A DNA stretch of 64,000 nt. Origin: Tubulanus polymorphus. Taxonomy: Eukaryota; Animalia; Nemertea. Under the pieces are notes generated by a model. That model saw nothing but the letters and a program-made list of their open reading frames with translations. It searched no databases and was not told where the DNA came from. A program made the translations under genes and the position numbers. The stretch is from the NCBI RefSeq assembly GCF_964204645.1, contig NC_134027.1:13982485-14046484 (forward strand), read 5' to 3'. Below are positions 1 to 13,025 of the stretch, piece by piece. Numbering within the stretch: position 1 is the first letter of the stretch; each line of letters opens with the position of its first letter.

Positions 1-1004
1 CAATGACCTTGAAACTCACCACAATCATAGAACATGTCAGCAGCTACGATTTTGTAATTGATTGTGATAACAAAATATGCCTCGTTACCAATTTAATATG
101 GAAATACTAAGTTATTCTACTATTCAACGACCCCTGGTGACCATATTCAAAACCCAATGACCTTGAAACTCACCACAATCATAGAACATGTCACGAACTA
201 TAACTTAGTAATTGATCATGGTAACAAAATATGCCTAGGTACCAATATAATAAGGAAATACTAAGTTATTCTACTATTCAACGCCCCCTGGTGACCATAT
301 AGAATAACTAATGGCCTCAAAACTTGCCACAATCATAGATGATGTCATGAGCTACAACTTTGCAATTGATTGTGGTACAAAATATGCATTGATACGAATA
401 AAATATAGAAATACTAAGATATTGTATTATTCAACGCCCCCTGGTGGCCATATACAAAAACCAATGACCTTGAAACTCACCACAATCATAGAACACATTA
501 TGAGCTACACGTTTCTAATCGATTGTGGTAACAAAATATGCTTAGGTATCAATATAATGTTGAAAAACTTTTTCCCACCTACGAATGAGTACTGATGACA
601 CCAAGCACTAAAAAAGGTCATAGACATAGGATGGTCATCTTGAGTCCGATCGACCCAATTTTTGTTATGCTGATGGGTCCTTCGGGGAATCACATATAAA
701 CAAAAGATCAAGGTAATTGATCAAAGCGTCTTCAAAACCTCCCTCAAAAAGTTAAAAAATGTGTAAAAAGTGCTTATTTTGGCGAACAACAATGGCTGCC
801 AGTCGGCCATCTTGATTCTGACAGGGCCAGTTTTGGCCTGAAGATGTGTCTAGGGTAGATACATGTGTAACCCAAATATCAAGACATTACATTGAAGCGT
901 CTTCAAAACTTCCCAAAATAACTGGATTCCGTCTACGGACTGATGGACGAACGGACGAAAAGTGAACGCAATAGCCTGCTGGGACTAAAGTCCCAAGTGG
1001 GCTA
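1..1004 (+). mobile_element. HINE/Helentron-like non-autonomous element (family A), 3' part with ~155-bp central tandem repeats
   Basis: Units caatgaccttgaaactcacc recur at about 1, 157, 310 and 463. A GGAC-type microsatellite is followed by the terminal hairpin gcctgctgggactaaagtcccaagtgggct and an A-run. Confidence 0.75.
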
Positions 1005-4000
1005 AAAACATTGTTTTTTTTTCATTGAAGTATTAACAGTTATTCATATGTTCTCATATGTGTATACTCATATGTTCTCATATGTGTATACAGGTATTAA
1101 CTTTCTAAAACTGGAGTACAGGTTGATTTACTTCTGCTCGTAAAGAATCAGGTCAGTGTGTTGATTATTTACAAGGTACCAATCTAATTAGGAAATGGTA
1201 AGTAATTCTACTATTCAACACCCCCTGGTGACTATATAGGCCTACAATAACTAATGTCCTTAAAACTCACCAAAATCATGGACCATATCATGAGCTAGGC
1301 CTACAACTTTGCAATCGATGTGGTTACAAAACATGCATATACAAATAGGCCTTGAATATAGAAATACTAAGTTATTGTATTATTCAACACCCCCTGGTGG
1401 CCATATACGAAAACCAATGACCTTGAAACTCACCAAAATCATAGAACACGTTATGGGCTATAACTTTGCAATTGATTGTGGTAACACAATATGCTTCGGT
1501 ATCAAAATAATGTGGAAACAATTTTTCCCACCTAGGAATGAGAACATGCTAACATTCAATGATAGAATATCAATAAACATCTGTATGGGCAACGGGCGGT
1601 TACTTTTCAGGTTTTAGGAAAGCCAGCCCTGTTGGCGATTGTGTGTACGTACGACTGAGCGTCTCCGTGAGCGATGTATTGTATTAATGTGTAGCGTGAA
1701 TCTACTACTGGTGGCCTACTTATTTACCTATTAGTACAGGAATTGCACTATGTAGTGTCAATTACTCCTCAGAAAATTCAAGGTAAAATCCAAGTTCATT
1801 ACCATACTGAATAGCTCATTTGTTGTTTATTTCCATGCATTACAAGTTCCTGTTATTTTGTAGTAAATAGTCAAGGCTTTCATATGATGTAAGATTTGAT
1901 GAGGTGGGCCACCAAAATCGTGTCCTTTTGGCCCCCAAAATTCATCCAAACTTACTTGAATTTGAAGTGAGCGCTCAGATGTATCATGTTCAAACTCCAA
2001 ATACATGAGAAATTGAAATAGGCTCTTGGGTTGGAATTCCACTATAACCGTTTTCGTGCAGCATACGAAACGGGGCCGGGACAGATTCGGGCGGCTTGAG
2101 GAGTAATAGCTAGAGCGGATACTGCCTACAATGGGTTAAAGCAGTAGGACTGAACACAATGCATGTTTTTATTCGATGCTCGTGTTTACCGGGAGTTCGT
2201 TCAGTTAGGCCTATTGGAGCCTATTGGTCAAAAATAGTTCCAATTGAACGAATATTCGAGCTGAGCAATTTCGAGTAGGCCTAAGATGTTTAATGTATGG
2301 TTTAACATAGGAGACTGAAAAGAAATTTCATGATATGTAGAGTTGAATGGATTTTCGACTTAATAGGATTCGAGTTGAGACAAGTCTACAGTATATGCCC
2401 AAACATTTTTCCGGTCATGGGGAATCTGCACTATATCTATGTACGCGCATGTGTGAAAGAATAGGGTTAGGTTTAGGTGAGGATAACTCATCCAACTTCC
2501 AGTTGTGTGCTGTGGCTCAATGGGTAAATAACTCTATTATTTTTTCGTTTGGTTTCCCAATATTGTAGTCAGAATTCTACTGTATTGCGCATGCGCGCTA
2601 ACTGTACTCCTTAACTGGAGCCACATGGTAATTTTTCTTTCAGAATGGACCCTCTTCTTTGGCCTATCACGTGAATTAACATTTTGCAATAAGTGACGGT
2701 CGGCAGTGGCGGCATTTGCTAAATTTTCTCATTTGTGATTGAGATTTTCGAACGTTTATTCACAAGATCGCAAATTTTCTGGTGTTCCTTTTTTATCCCA
2801 GACAATTTTTTAGGGTAGGCCTATAATTTTCTTTCACATAGGCCTACTGTCAACGGTACCTCAGTAAACATTTTTCTTAATTCAGATTATGTACTAAAAT
2901 TCAATCAATGGCTGTTACGAGGCATTGGTCACACTTAGATTTCATCGATATTAGGCCTGCTAAATCTAATCAAATTGTAGGCCTTTAGCCTTAGCCTATG
3001 CCCAAAGCTTTATTTATATTTTCTTCTCTTTATTTATATTTAGTTTGTTATTTCTATCTTTAAAGATGATGGCAATATCTACTTCCAGTGCAGATCTGCA
3101 CCTCTCGTGATTGACGCAATAGGCCTATACTGAATTACAAATCACTCAAAACTTTAATTCAATTCAAACTACGAACTACGTCACCACAGCCTAGAGAGAA
3201 AAGCGTTTGCTAGCGTTTGCAAAACACAAAATATCCAAAAAACGTTTTGTTTCACAAAAAACGTTTTTCAGTTCGGCGTTTTGGGTTTTGACTCTGAAAC
3301 AGTGTCTGAGTCTGAAACAGTGATATTTAATGTAATTGATTGAACCGATGGCGAGAGGTGCGGATCTACACACTTGTACCCAACTTCCTTATAGGTAGGT
3401 ATGTTCATGTCCGCGCGGGGCGCCACTATCGATTGTGACGACCATTATTGATTAGGAAAAGTGTGATGCGCGTTTTTACTACGCGTTTTAACATCGCGTA
3501 GTAAAATCATTCATAAAACCTGTCTATCAATGCAAATGAGCTAAAATCTTTTGGAATCAACCAATAAGATCGATCTTAATCACTTGGGGGTTGATTAAGT
3601 GTATAAATCCGCATTTTAGACGAAGAAAATAGAAATCGAAATATACCCTTTTTCAAGAGCAAAATTCGTCAGCTTAGGACCCGGAATAAGCAACGAATCA
3701 TCAGGAATCGGAAGGTTTAGGATCTTAAAATTCAAATAGGGCCTACTGAAGACCGCATGATTTTATTTCGTGTCGGGGCTGGGCGATCGCTGCCGGAAAA
3801 TTCAATGTCTAAGTTTTGCGTTGAAGCAAGCGATACAAAATGGCGGCCGGCACTTGTTATTGAATGACGACGCGCCGCGCTGCTCGTGATGAGATCAATA
3901 TTCAACAATTATTCATCGGTCTAGCGGTGAATTATTGTATTTATTTTCCGATTCATAATTATTCATCACTATATTTCTGAATATTAGGACATATTTAGCG

Positions 4001-4762
4001 TAATGATCGGCAAATTTTTTGCGCGCGGATCGCCACTACGCTCCTGTCGGTAAAGCGGCTGTTGAAAGAGGGAGGCGTCTAATGGGATGAATTGAGGCTT
4101 GTGACGGGCAAAAATAGAGGCGCGTGATAGGACAGTGAGACTCCCGAGGGGATTTTCCAAAAGCAGCAAAATTGAAATATATATAAAATATAGTTGAAAT
4201 TTAGCTCAAAACAAAACAAATGGATTATTATTTAGTTATTATTAGTAGTATTATTACTATTGCTTGGTTTGTGTTTCTAAACTGATTGATTTTATTATGA
4301 TATCATCAATATATTTCAAATTTCAGCGTTTTGAGCTAGGCCAAGCCTAATTTTCTGCTTTTCTTAACTAAAATCCATCTCGCAAATAATATATAAAATA
4401 TATTGGTATATTTAAATCAATTTGCAATAGGAGCCTATGGCTATTGACCTAACTGACAGGCCTTGATAATCATGTTTATTCATTTCAAAAATTATGTAGT
4501 GAAAAAAATAATTTCATCTGAAATCATATCAATATTTCACATTTTTTCTTGCCGTTACCATGGAAACCTAATATAATAATCTACATAATAATAGATATTC
4601 CTAGATAAACTTAGGGCAATCATAAACTATTGATAACTAGTTATTCTATCCCCTTTCTACATCATAACTTTTGATCTAACATCGATATTTTCATTATTTT
4701 ACCATTTTTCGGCTGGTTTCCATGGAAACCATAGGCATTTGGAATCAGATAAAAATTGGTGC

Positions 4763-4968
4763 GATTCAAGAATAGGGGACTAAAGCAATATATATGTAGT
4801 GATAGTAATCAATTAAGTAATAATATTAGTAGGGCCTAATTGATAATGATGATATATAATGATAGTAATGTATATAGTAGGCCTAATTAATGATGATTAG
4901 GGAACTAAACCTAACCCTAACCCTAATCCTAACCCTAATCCTAACCACTAGTCCCCTATTTTTGAATC
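4763..4968. mobile_element. Small MITE-like element with 20-bp inverted repeats and an internal (CCCTAA)n-like tract
   Basis: gattcaagaataggggacta (4763-4782) vs tagtcccctatttttgaatc (4949-4968), 1 mismatch; cctaaccctaaccctaatcctaacc at about 4910-4946. Confidence 0.6.
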
Positions 4969-5859
4969 TTTGTCACCTGAAAGTGCTATGAGTGTATTCC
5001 AACAAGCTTTCTTTCAGTAAGATTGGAGCTAGGCCTATTTGAATTTTTTATGGATATAGCTATTATTATAGGCCTATATGATATATAATCAAGACAAAAA
5101 CACACCAGTTTGGCCGTCCTCCATTTTATTAGGATCATACACAGTTACTTGGATGTCAATTTAATGTGCGATAGTAGGGCATACACATAGCCTAGACAGA
5201 ATACAACAATGCGATCCTAAAATTCTGACTGCATGAAAGCTCGATGATTGATGTCTGTCTGCAGAGTTTCCAGAACCTGTCATGTCAGGTCTAGAGACCA
5301 GGTCTCACCTGTCATGTCATGTCCCGAAAAAACCCAAACTCATGACAATATTTGACGAAACGGCGAAATATCTAGGCATGTGCTATGGAAGAACATTTTG
5401 AGTTGAATGAATATTCTGACCCGTCGTTAATATCGAAAATGATTCAACAATTACGATAAGGAAATTGTTCTGACAAATAATTCATTTGAAAGGTTGATTT
5501 ATAAGAAGAAAATATTTATGTGTAAACTATGACTTATTTCTGTAATAATGGGAAAAAATAAGTTTCAGGCATAGATGAATTAATTAATGTAGAAGTAAGA
5601 GCACATTATAAGAGAAAATTTTCGCTAGATGAATCGAGGTCTTGATATTTCGATTCCGCATTAAGACACTGAAAATTATCTGCTCACTATCACAGTTCGG
5701 CAACACTCCTCACTGTCCTGAAGTCCTGAAGTGTCACTATTTATATTCATTGTCTTTATGATGAACATGTTAAAGAGCCGAATGCAATATAGAGACTGAT
5801 TTTATTGAGACTGATTTTAAATCATCTCATCAATTTAAGGCATCAAGTTTTTTTTCTAT

Positions 5860-6467
5860 TTATACCAGTTTTAATGCAGACCTGTCACCTCAGGTCCCGA
5901 GAAGCTCTGCAAAATGGCGCGAGCTGCCGTGTGAGGTCTTACTTCATAATTATTGTTTTATAGTAACTTAAGATTAACTATATCCATGGTTAGCAATCTA
6001 TATTATATTCATTACTATAAAGATACCATAAAAAGTGAAGTTTTTTTCCATTTCATCAGTTTTTATGCAGGCCTGTCACCTCAGGTCTCGAGAAGCTCTG
6101 CAAAATGGCGCGAGCTGCCGTGTGAGGTCTCGCTTCAAAATTTTTGTTTTATAGTAACTTAAGATTAACTCTATCTATGGTTAGCAATTTATATTACACT
6201 CATTACTATAAAGAGACCAAAAAAACAAAGTTTTCCTTCATTTCACCAGTTTAAATGCAGACCTGTCACCTCAGGTCCCGAGAAGCTCTGCAAAATGGCG
6301 CGCGTTGCCGTGTGAGGTCACGCTTCAAAATTATTGTTTTATAGTAACTTAAGATTACCTATATCCATGGTTAGCAATTTATATTATATTCATTACTATA
6401 AAGATACCATTAAAAGTAACGTTTTTTCCATTTCATCAGTTTTAAGGCAGACCTGTCACCTCAGGTC
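5860..6467. repeat. ~190-bp tandem repeat (3+ units)
   Basis: gcagacctgtcacctcaggtc recurs at about 5876, 6067, 6257 and 6447. Confidence 0.9.
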
Positions 6468-6658
6468 GCCCGCGACAATTCATTAGTTTGGTTTTGTCGC
6501 CCGCGACAATTCATTATTTTGGTTTTATCGCCCGCGACAATTCAATATTTTGGTTTTATCGCCCGCGATAATTCATTATTTTGGTTTTATTGCCCGCGAC
6601 AATTCATTATTTTGGTTTTGTCGCACGAGACAATTCATTATTTTGGTTTTGTCGCCCG
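6465..6658. repeat. 31-bp satellite array (short)
   Basis: Consensus TTTTGGTTTTGTCGCCCGCGACAATTCATTA. Confidence 0.9.
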
Positions 6659-7071
6659 AAGAAAATTTTGAAGACGCTTTGATCAATTACCTTGATCTTT
6701 CGTTTATATTTGAATCTACCAAAGGCCCATCAGCATAAGAAAATTGGGTCGATCTGACTCAAGATGGCCGTCCTATGACCTTTTTAGTGCCCAAAAATGT
6801 CAATTTTGGCCAGAATTCTAGGTCCTGTAGCTTCCTACTGGTTTGCCATTTCTCATTGCAATTGCTGATGGATATTCTTTAGAGAGGGATGTTTTATACC
6901 TGGGACAGGTATTTTTGATCAGCCAATGGGGCTCGCCGCGCTGAGCGCTGCCGCGAGATGGCGCGCGCGTGTTAGTGGCCCTAGTGATTTGAATTTGAAT
7001 TGTAAACAACATTTTATTCATCTCCGCGTTCGAGCGAATTGACGATTTGAAAAGCGCTTGAATCTATTATA

Positions 7072-8774
7072 ATGCCTCGCTATTGTTGTGTACCCCTTTG
7101 TAAGTCAAGAGTAGGCGGATTTAAGTTCCCTACGAACACAGATTTGAAAATGAAATGGCTTGTTGCGATAAAACGACTACAGAGTAGCGAGAAATCTGCA
7201 AAATTATGGCAGCCATCGGATACAGCTATCGTATGCCATCGACATTTTTTACCAACGGACTATAAACAGACACTTACCGGTAAATATGGCTTTCCTATTG
7301 AGTTTTCCAACTAAGGTGAAATAAGCGGTCAAGATCCAAGGCAGGCTGATTCGTTTAGGCCTCAGCTTGGGCCTATCGATATTATGCAATGTCGATGTTT
7401 TGAACTTTTTTTAAAAAGCCAGGCGCTTATTTTCATATCATCATAGTAGTTTGTTGATAACAGGATAATGATATAACTCAATTATGATAATAACAACAAT
7501 AGGCCTAATAATTTATGTGGTAGATTTATCTTTTTAATTTAAAGGTTGTTGACTTGACTGGCAGCTGTTGATCTTTGAGTAGAAATATGTTTTTTTCTTT
7601 ATGTGTTTCAGGTTCTAGAAGAAAATTAAAAGAGAATGCCATTCCGCGTATATTTGCCTTCACACCACCAGTTTCCTCAGATTCAGAGAGAGAAAGTAGA
7701 GCCAGTCGGCGAAGATTAAAACTGGAGGAAGAACCTGTACACCATGACATAGCCACTGAAGTTGAAATAGGCCTACAACATACCAGCAATTACAGAATGG
7801 ACATAATAGAGGAACCAACCAATAAAAACACTAACTTGGATAAGAATATTCAGTGTTCCCTCCTTTCAGATCAATTTTTCTGTATCGAGAGATTTATGGT
7901 GGATCCTAGGTCGATCAAATATTACACCAGTTTTAAAGACTATGAACATTTGATGATGTTTTTCAGTGTACTAGGACCTGCTGCGTACGATTTGAATTAC
8001 AAATGTCAGAAACTAACACCGGTCAATCAATTTTTCTTGACATTAATCAAATTAAGGCGTGCCAAGGAAGATATAGAACTGAGTATTCTGTTCGGCATAT
8101 CAGAGAGTGTAGTTTCTAGGATTGTGTTAACCTGGGTAAACTTCATGTATTTCCAATTAAGTGAAATCAATACATGGCCAGAGAGAGAAGAGATAGACTG
8201 TTTCATGCCCAGTGGCTTTAAGCATCATTTTCCGTCAACCAGAGTTATTTTAGATGCTACAGAGATTCCAATTGAAAAGCCGTCGAATGTAAAATCTCAA
8301 ACTGCAACTTTCAGCACATACAAACATAAGAACACGCTTAAAACTATGGTTGGAATATCACCGAGAGGGGTCGTTAGTTATGTAAGTGAAAGTTATGCGG
8401 GTTCAACAAGTGACCGACAAATCATTGAACGATCCCAGCTGTGTTCAAACACCTCAAAATACTTCAGCTCGAATGACAGCATCATGGCCGATAGAGGTAT
8501 AATGGTACAAGATCTTTTTGCTACCAAGAACATTAAGGTGAACACCCCAACTTTATTGAAGGGCAAGAGTCAACTTGAACCTGAACAAGTAGTTCATGAT
8601 CGTAGAGTAGCCAGTAAACGCATCCAAGTAGAAAGAGTAATCGGATTGTCAAAAACTTTTCTTATTTTGAAAAAAGACCTGCCGCTTAGTAAAGTCAATA
8701 TGGGTTCTAGGATAGTTTATGTTTGTTTCAGTATAAGCAATTTCAGACCAGCTATTGTGAACGAATTTGCTTAA
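7072..8774 (+). CDS. THAP + HTH + DDE_Tnp_4 (Harbinger/ISL2EU) transposase, 2 exons (7072-7279, 7612-8774), about 456 aa, apparently intact
   Basis: THAP C2CH (YCCVPLC..FKFP..W..VCHRHF) is completed across the intron by LKENAIPRIF. Catalytic motifs ILDATE, YKHKNTLK, MADRG and RIQVERVIG are present. Confidence 0.92.
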
Positions 8775-9482
8775 CCTTATTGTTAATGTCTGTTAATTGA
8801 TATCTAAAGTATATATTTTTGAGTTTTGTTTTGAGATTCATCGAAACCCCTGCTTTAAAGAAACATCATTGTTTCTCTTAATAGATTATTTAGGTAAATC
8901 CCAAATTCTTAGATATCAATTATGGGCCTGGACTGTAATTAATTGTCTGTCGTTGATATTCAAAATCTGTGCGCAATATAACCTATTTCACTTTGACTTA
9001 ATCCACTCTTTTGCAGTGTTTTCAATTCAAAGGACAAACTAATTTTCATTCCAGTAACAAACCCTTTTATTGATTTAAAACTGGTAAAAACCAAAAATAC
9101 AACAACGCTACATAAAATCTTTTTAAAATGCATGATAACACAGATATTTTATGTAAAATGGAAGAGTTTGAGTTTTGGGACTAAAGCATTCATGCCATAG
9201 TCAGGCGCAGCACATAATGAAATAATAAATAATCATGGTAATGAAATATGGTCAGAAAAGGAGTAAATCATTAATTTTCAAACTTTTGACCCACCATCGT
9301 CAGTAATTATGCATATAACTACACAACCTGACAAGTATATCTGTTTGAAATAACTATATATGATAAAAAATATTGATAATAGATGATAAAAAATATTAAA
9401 ACTTAAAAGTATCAACAAATAGTAAGCCGATATTGACATGAAATCTATATCATACAATTGGGATGTACATGTATTTACAAAT

Positions 9483-11770
9483 TTAGTTGTATGAAGAAAC
9501 AATTTCACCGAAACGAGATGCAGTTAATCGTAGCTGCCTTTCCTGAAACCATTGACTAGATTCTGCCTGCTTCCTAGTACTCCTTTCTAGTAATATTGCC
9601 TGTGTTTCATTTAACTGAAAAGGCAAAATGGAATATTAATTATAAGCACAGAGGGAAGGATAACATAGGTCACTCTCAGACACGTTGATTAAAAACTTAC
9701 CTTAATAGAGTTTTCCACCCAATATTCAAGCAAAGTTTTTTTCAGATAATCATGGTCAATTGCTGCTGTTTTGATATCGGCTTTCTTGTACTTATACTTG
9801 ATGGGTAGGTCTAAAGACGATACAGAGCAGTAATTAAGGACAATTCCCCGGACATAATCCTCGTATCCAGCTGATTTCCGGTATTTCACAGGCCTTGGAT
9901 CCTCCATTGATACCTCGCGTTTCTTTGATTTTGATAGAGGTAAGTCACCAGCCTTGACAGGGGAACCTGTTAAGAAGTGACGGGTAAATTTAAACAAGGT
10001 CACAGCCGAGCTAAAAATTGAAAACCAAGTACATTATGTAAAACATTGCCATTACATCAGAATTTATAAAAAATAAGATATATAGGGTACGAATTTGCTG
10101 AATGGTGGCGATGTAACCAAACAACTTACCAGTATAAACAGACTTGGGCTTATGGAATGTTTGTAGATTTTCCGTACACGATTTAAGTATTTCGGGAGCG
10201 TTAGGCCCATCTGATGACACAAAATTAGCAAACATCAAAAGTACAGCCGCGACATGCTTACAGGTCCCATTAGGACCCTTACCGGCAGGGCACTCACAAT
10301 GGCTGTTTCTGAATTCACCAGTTGTTTGAGACAATGATATCTGGTACGAGTATGAGATCTGCAATGAAATATAAAAATAAACTAATCAACAATGTTTGCT
10401 ACATTACAACCTTTTAAGAATACAGTTGTATTGCAGATTTATGTGGATTTAAAGGAGGGAATATTGTGTTATTTTGATGAAATATAAAACTGGCCTACCT
10501 TTTTTTTCATAGCAGCACCAACTAATCCAGTCAGATAAACAATTCCGCTTTTGATGAGAATACTGCAGGCTTGAACACGTTGCGATTCTATGAGCTGCTG
10601 ACCCTTCTCAATAGCTTTAATGTCTTTGGTACAGTGGTTGTCCATTGCCATTCTATACGTGAAATATGCAGTTACTGTGTCAATATTGAATTTTGGCAAT
10701 ACAATCTTATGATCATTTGTAAGCTGTTTGAAACCGCATGTGGGCCATTCCGGAACTGTTTCTTGTGGTAATGTTATGGCCGGTCCCCTAAAATCGTTGT
10801 TACGGCCGTATGCTTCTAATCTGCAATGAACACGAAATAATCATGAAATATAAACATCTAATGTCAAAAATCATTCAATCAACTAACAGAAAGTTGACCC
10901 AGAGTTGAAATGTTACATCGAAATGATTACTCCAAGCATGGACGTCTATACGTCCATGGTCATACAGATTTGTATTTAACTCAACTGTGTTGTGGTAAGA
11001 AGGTATATAAGTAAGGTATTCAGTTTACCGTCACCTCAAGTTGATCAGGGTTCTGACTATAATTCCAATAACATATAAAAATTCAATAGAGACTAGACAC
11101 AGCAGCAGACATGTCCAATGATTTATGGATACATTGGCAGTAAAATTTGGCATCAGCTTCAATTCATGTTCGATAGATGGCGCCAGTGGTAACTCAGCTG
11201 TTGCGATGGTTAGCTGACAAGGCGTCCTACATCCCGATAATAATCCCTACATTTCAAGATATAAACATTGCCATCTAAACTTCTCAAGGCAATCATAATA
11301 TCAAATAGTGATTTAAAAAACGTTTTATCGATGACTTTTATGTGCATTATGTTTATTTTCCGGACATGAAAACCGAAAAATAATGAAAGATATCGCGGGA
11401 CGGGACGCGTGGGACCGGCCATAGCCATCCTCGCAGCCCGGGCTGGTGACGGTAAACTTGTACTATACCCTGACCCACAACCCACTGAGGTTTAGCTTTC
11501 ATCTCTGGATCTATTAAAACACGTTCATTTCACTTGAGCATAGGTCTAGAATCATCGATGATTTTGGCAAAAAATCACTGTTGATTCCATGATCATTGCA
11601 ACATTTTTGCGCAGACTAAACGACTGAACACCATCAACCGCATGGAAATATGATCGACATTTAAATTACCTTTCAATTAGGTTGATTTTCCTCCCATAGG
11701 TTACCGCACCTCGTCGGCTTAACTCTTGTTTCAGCTTCGGTACAGTCCATGACCCGTAATTCTCTGACAT
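9483..11770 (-). pseudogene. ISL2EU accessory gene SAP-SWIM-YqaJ (lambda-exonuclease-like), 5 exons, truncated in the nuclease domain
   Basis: In-phase exons: 11770-11670 (SAP: WTVPKLKQELSRRG..GRKINLIERL), 10820-10499, 10358-10130 (SWIM: CECPAG..CKHVAA), 9966-9701 and 9614-9483 (TRKQAESSQWFQERQLRLTASRFGEI then stop). Confidence 0.85.
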
Positions 11771-12726
11771 TATTACAATTTAAAAGTAGGAAATCGAGCG
11801 CGGAAGTGAGCGGAAGTCGATACGCGATGGCTACTAACGCACACACGCCACCTGGTGTCCATAGCGACGGCGAGCCCCATTATGACGCAATTGGCGGCCA
11901 TCTTGATGTCATCAGTACTCATTCGTAGGTGGGAAAATGTTTTTCCACAATTAATTGATACCTAAGCATATTGTGTTACTATATTCAATTGGGAAGTTGT
12001 AGCCCATAACGTGTTCTATGATTTTGGTGAGTTTCAAGGTCATTGGTTTTTGTATGTGGCCATCAGGGGGCGTTGAATAATACAATAACTTAGTATCGCT
12101 ATGTTATATTTGTACCAAGGCATATTTTGTTACCATGGCAAAGTTGTAGTTCATGACATCGTCTATGATTGTGGTGAGTTTTTCAGGACATTAGATATTC
12201 CATATAGTCACCAGGGGGCGTTGAATAGTAGAAAAGCTTAGTTTTTCCTTATTAGATTGGTAAATAGGCATAGTTTGTTACCATGATCCATTGCAAAGTT
12301 GTAGTTCATGACATCGTCTATGATTGTGGTGAGTTTTTAAGGACATTAGTTATTCCATATAGTCACCAGGGGGCGCTGAATAGTAGAATGGCTTAGTATT
12401 TCCTTATTAGATTGGTACTTAGGCATATTTTGTTACTATGATCAATTGCAAAGTTGTATTTCATGACATGTACTACGATTGTGGTGAGTTTTAAGGTCAT
12501 TAGGTTTTGCATATGGTCACCAGGGGTCGTTGAATAGTAGAATAACTTAGTATTTCCATATTAAATTACAAAATCCTAGCTGCTCACATGTTCTATGATT
12601 GTGGTGGGTTTCAAGGTCATTGGTTTTTGTATATGGTCACTAGAGGGCGTTATGTATTGAAATTGTTAGATTGTTGAGCATTTGAAACCACTGCCCAAGT
12701 GAGCATGGTGTCCCTGGACCCCTAGT

Positions 12727-13025
12727 TTGGTTTTGTCGCCCGCGACAATTCATTATTTTGGTTTTGTCGCATGCAACAATTCAATAGTTTGTTTTTGTCG
12801 TCCGCGACAATTCATTATTTTGGTTTTATCGCCCGCAACAATTCAATATTTTGGTTTTAACGCCCGCGCGACAATTCATTATTTTGGTTTTATCGCCCGC
12901 GACAATTCATTATTTTGGTTTTATCGCCCGCGACAATTCATTATTTTTGTTTTGTCGCCCGTGACAATTCAATATTTTGGTTTTGTCACCCGCGACAATT
13001 CATAATTTTGGTTTTGTCGCCCGTG
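12727..13025. repeat. 31-bp satellite array (short)
   Basis: Same consensus monomer. Confidence 0.9.

Larger units (their letters stand above)
6928..11878 (+). mobile_element. ISL2EU (PIF/Harbinger-related) DNA transposon
   Basis: TIR GGGGCTCGCCG (6928-6938) / CGGCGAGCCCC (11868-11878). AT TSD (6926-6927, 11879-11880). The empty site cagccaATtatgacgc is present in the paralogous repeat near 16708-16723. Contains two convergent genes. Confidence 0.93.
6659..12726 (-). mobile_element. HINE family A copy (minus strand) interrupted by the ISL2EU transposon
   Basis: The 5' end actaggggtccagggacacc lies at about 12725 on the minus strand. The flanks are near-identical to the uninterrupted copy at 16447-17595. 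Confidence 0.8.

Noticed and set aside
311-1617. Short ORFs of the [15 protein letters not shown] type as a gene family
   Set aside because: These are chance frames in HINE central repeats; stops and indels differ among copies.
4905-4947. Telomere or chromosome-fusion relic
   Set aside because: Only a few degenerate CCCTAA units, enclosed by 20-bp inverted repeats of a small MITE.
7072-8774. Domesticated host THAP or HARBI1 gene
   Set aside because: It is bounded by TIRs and a TSD, with an empty paralogous site in the window, so it is a transposon gene.
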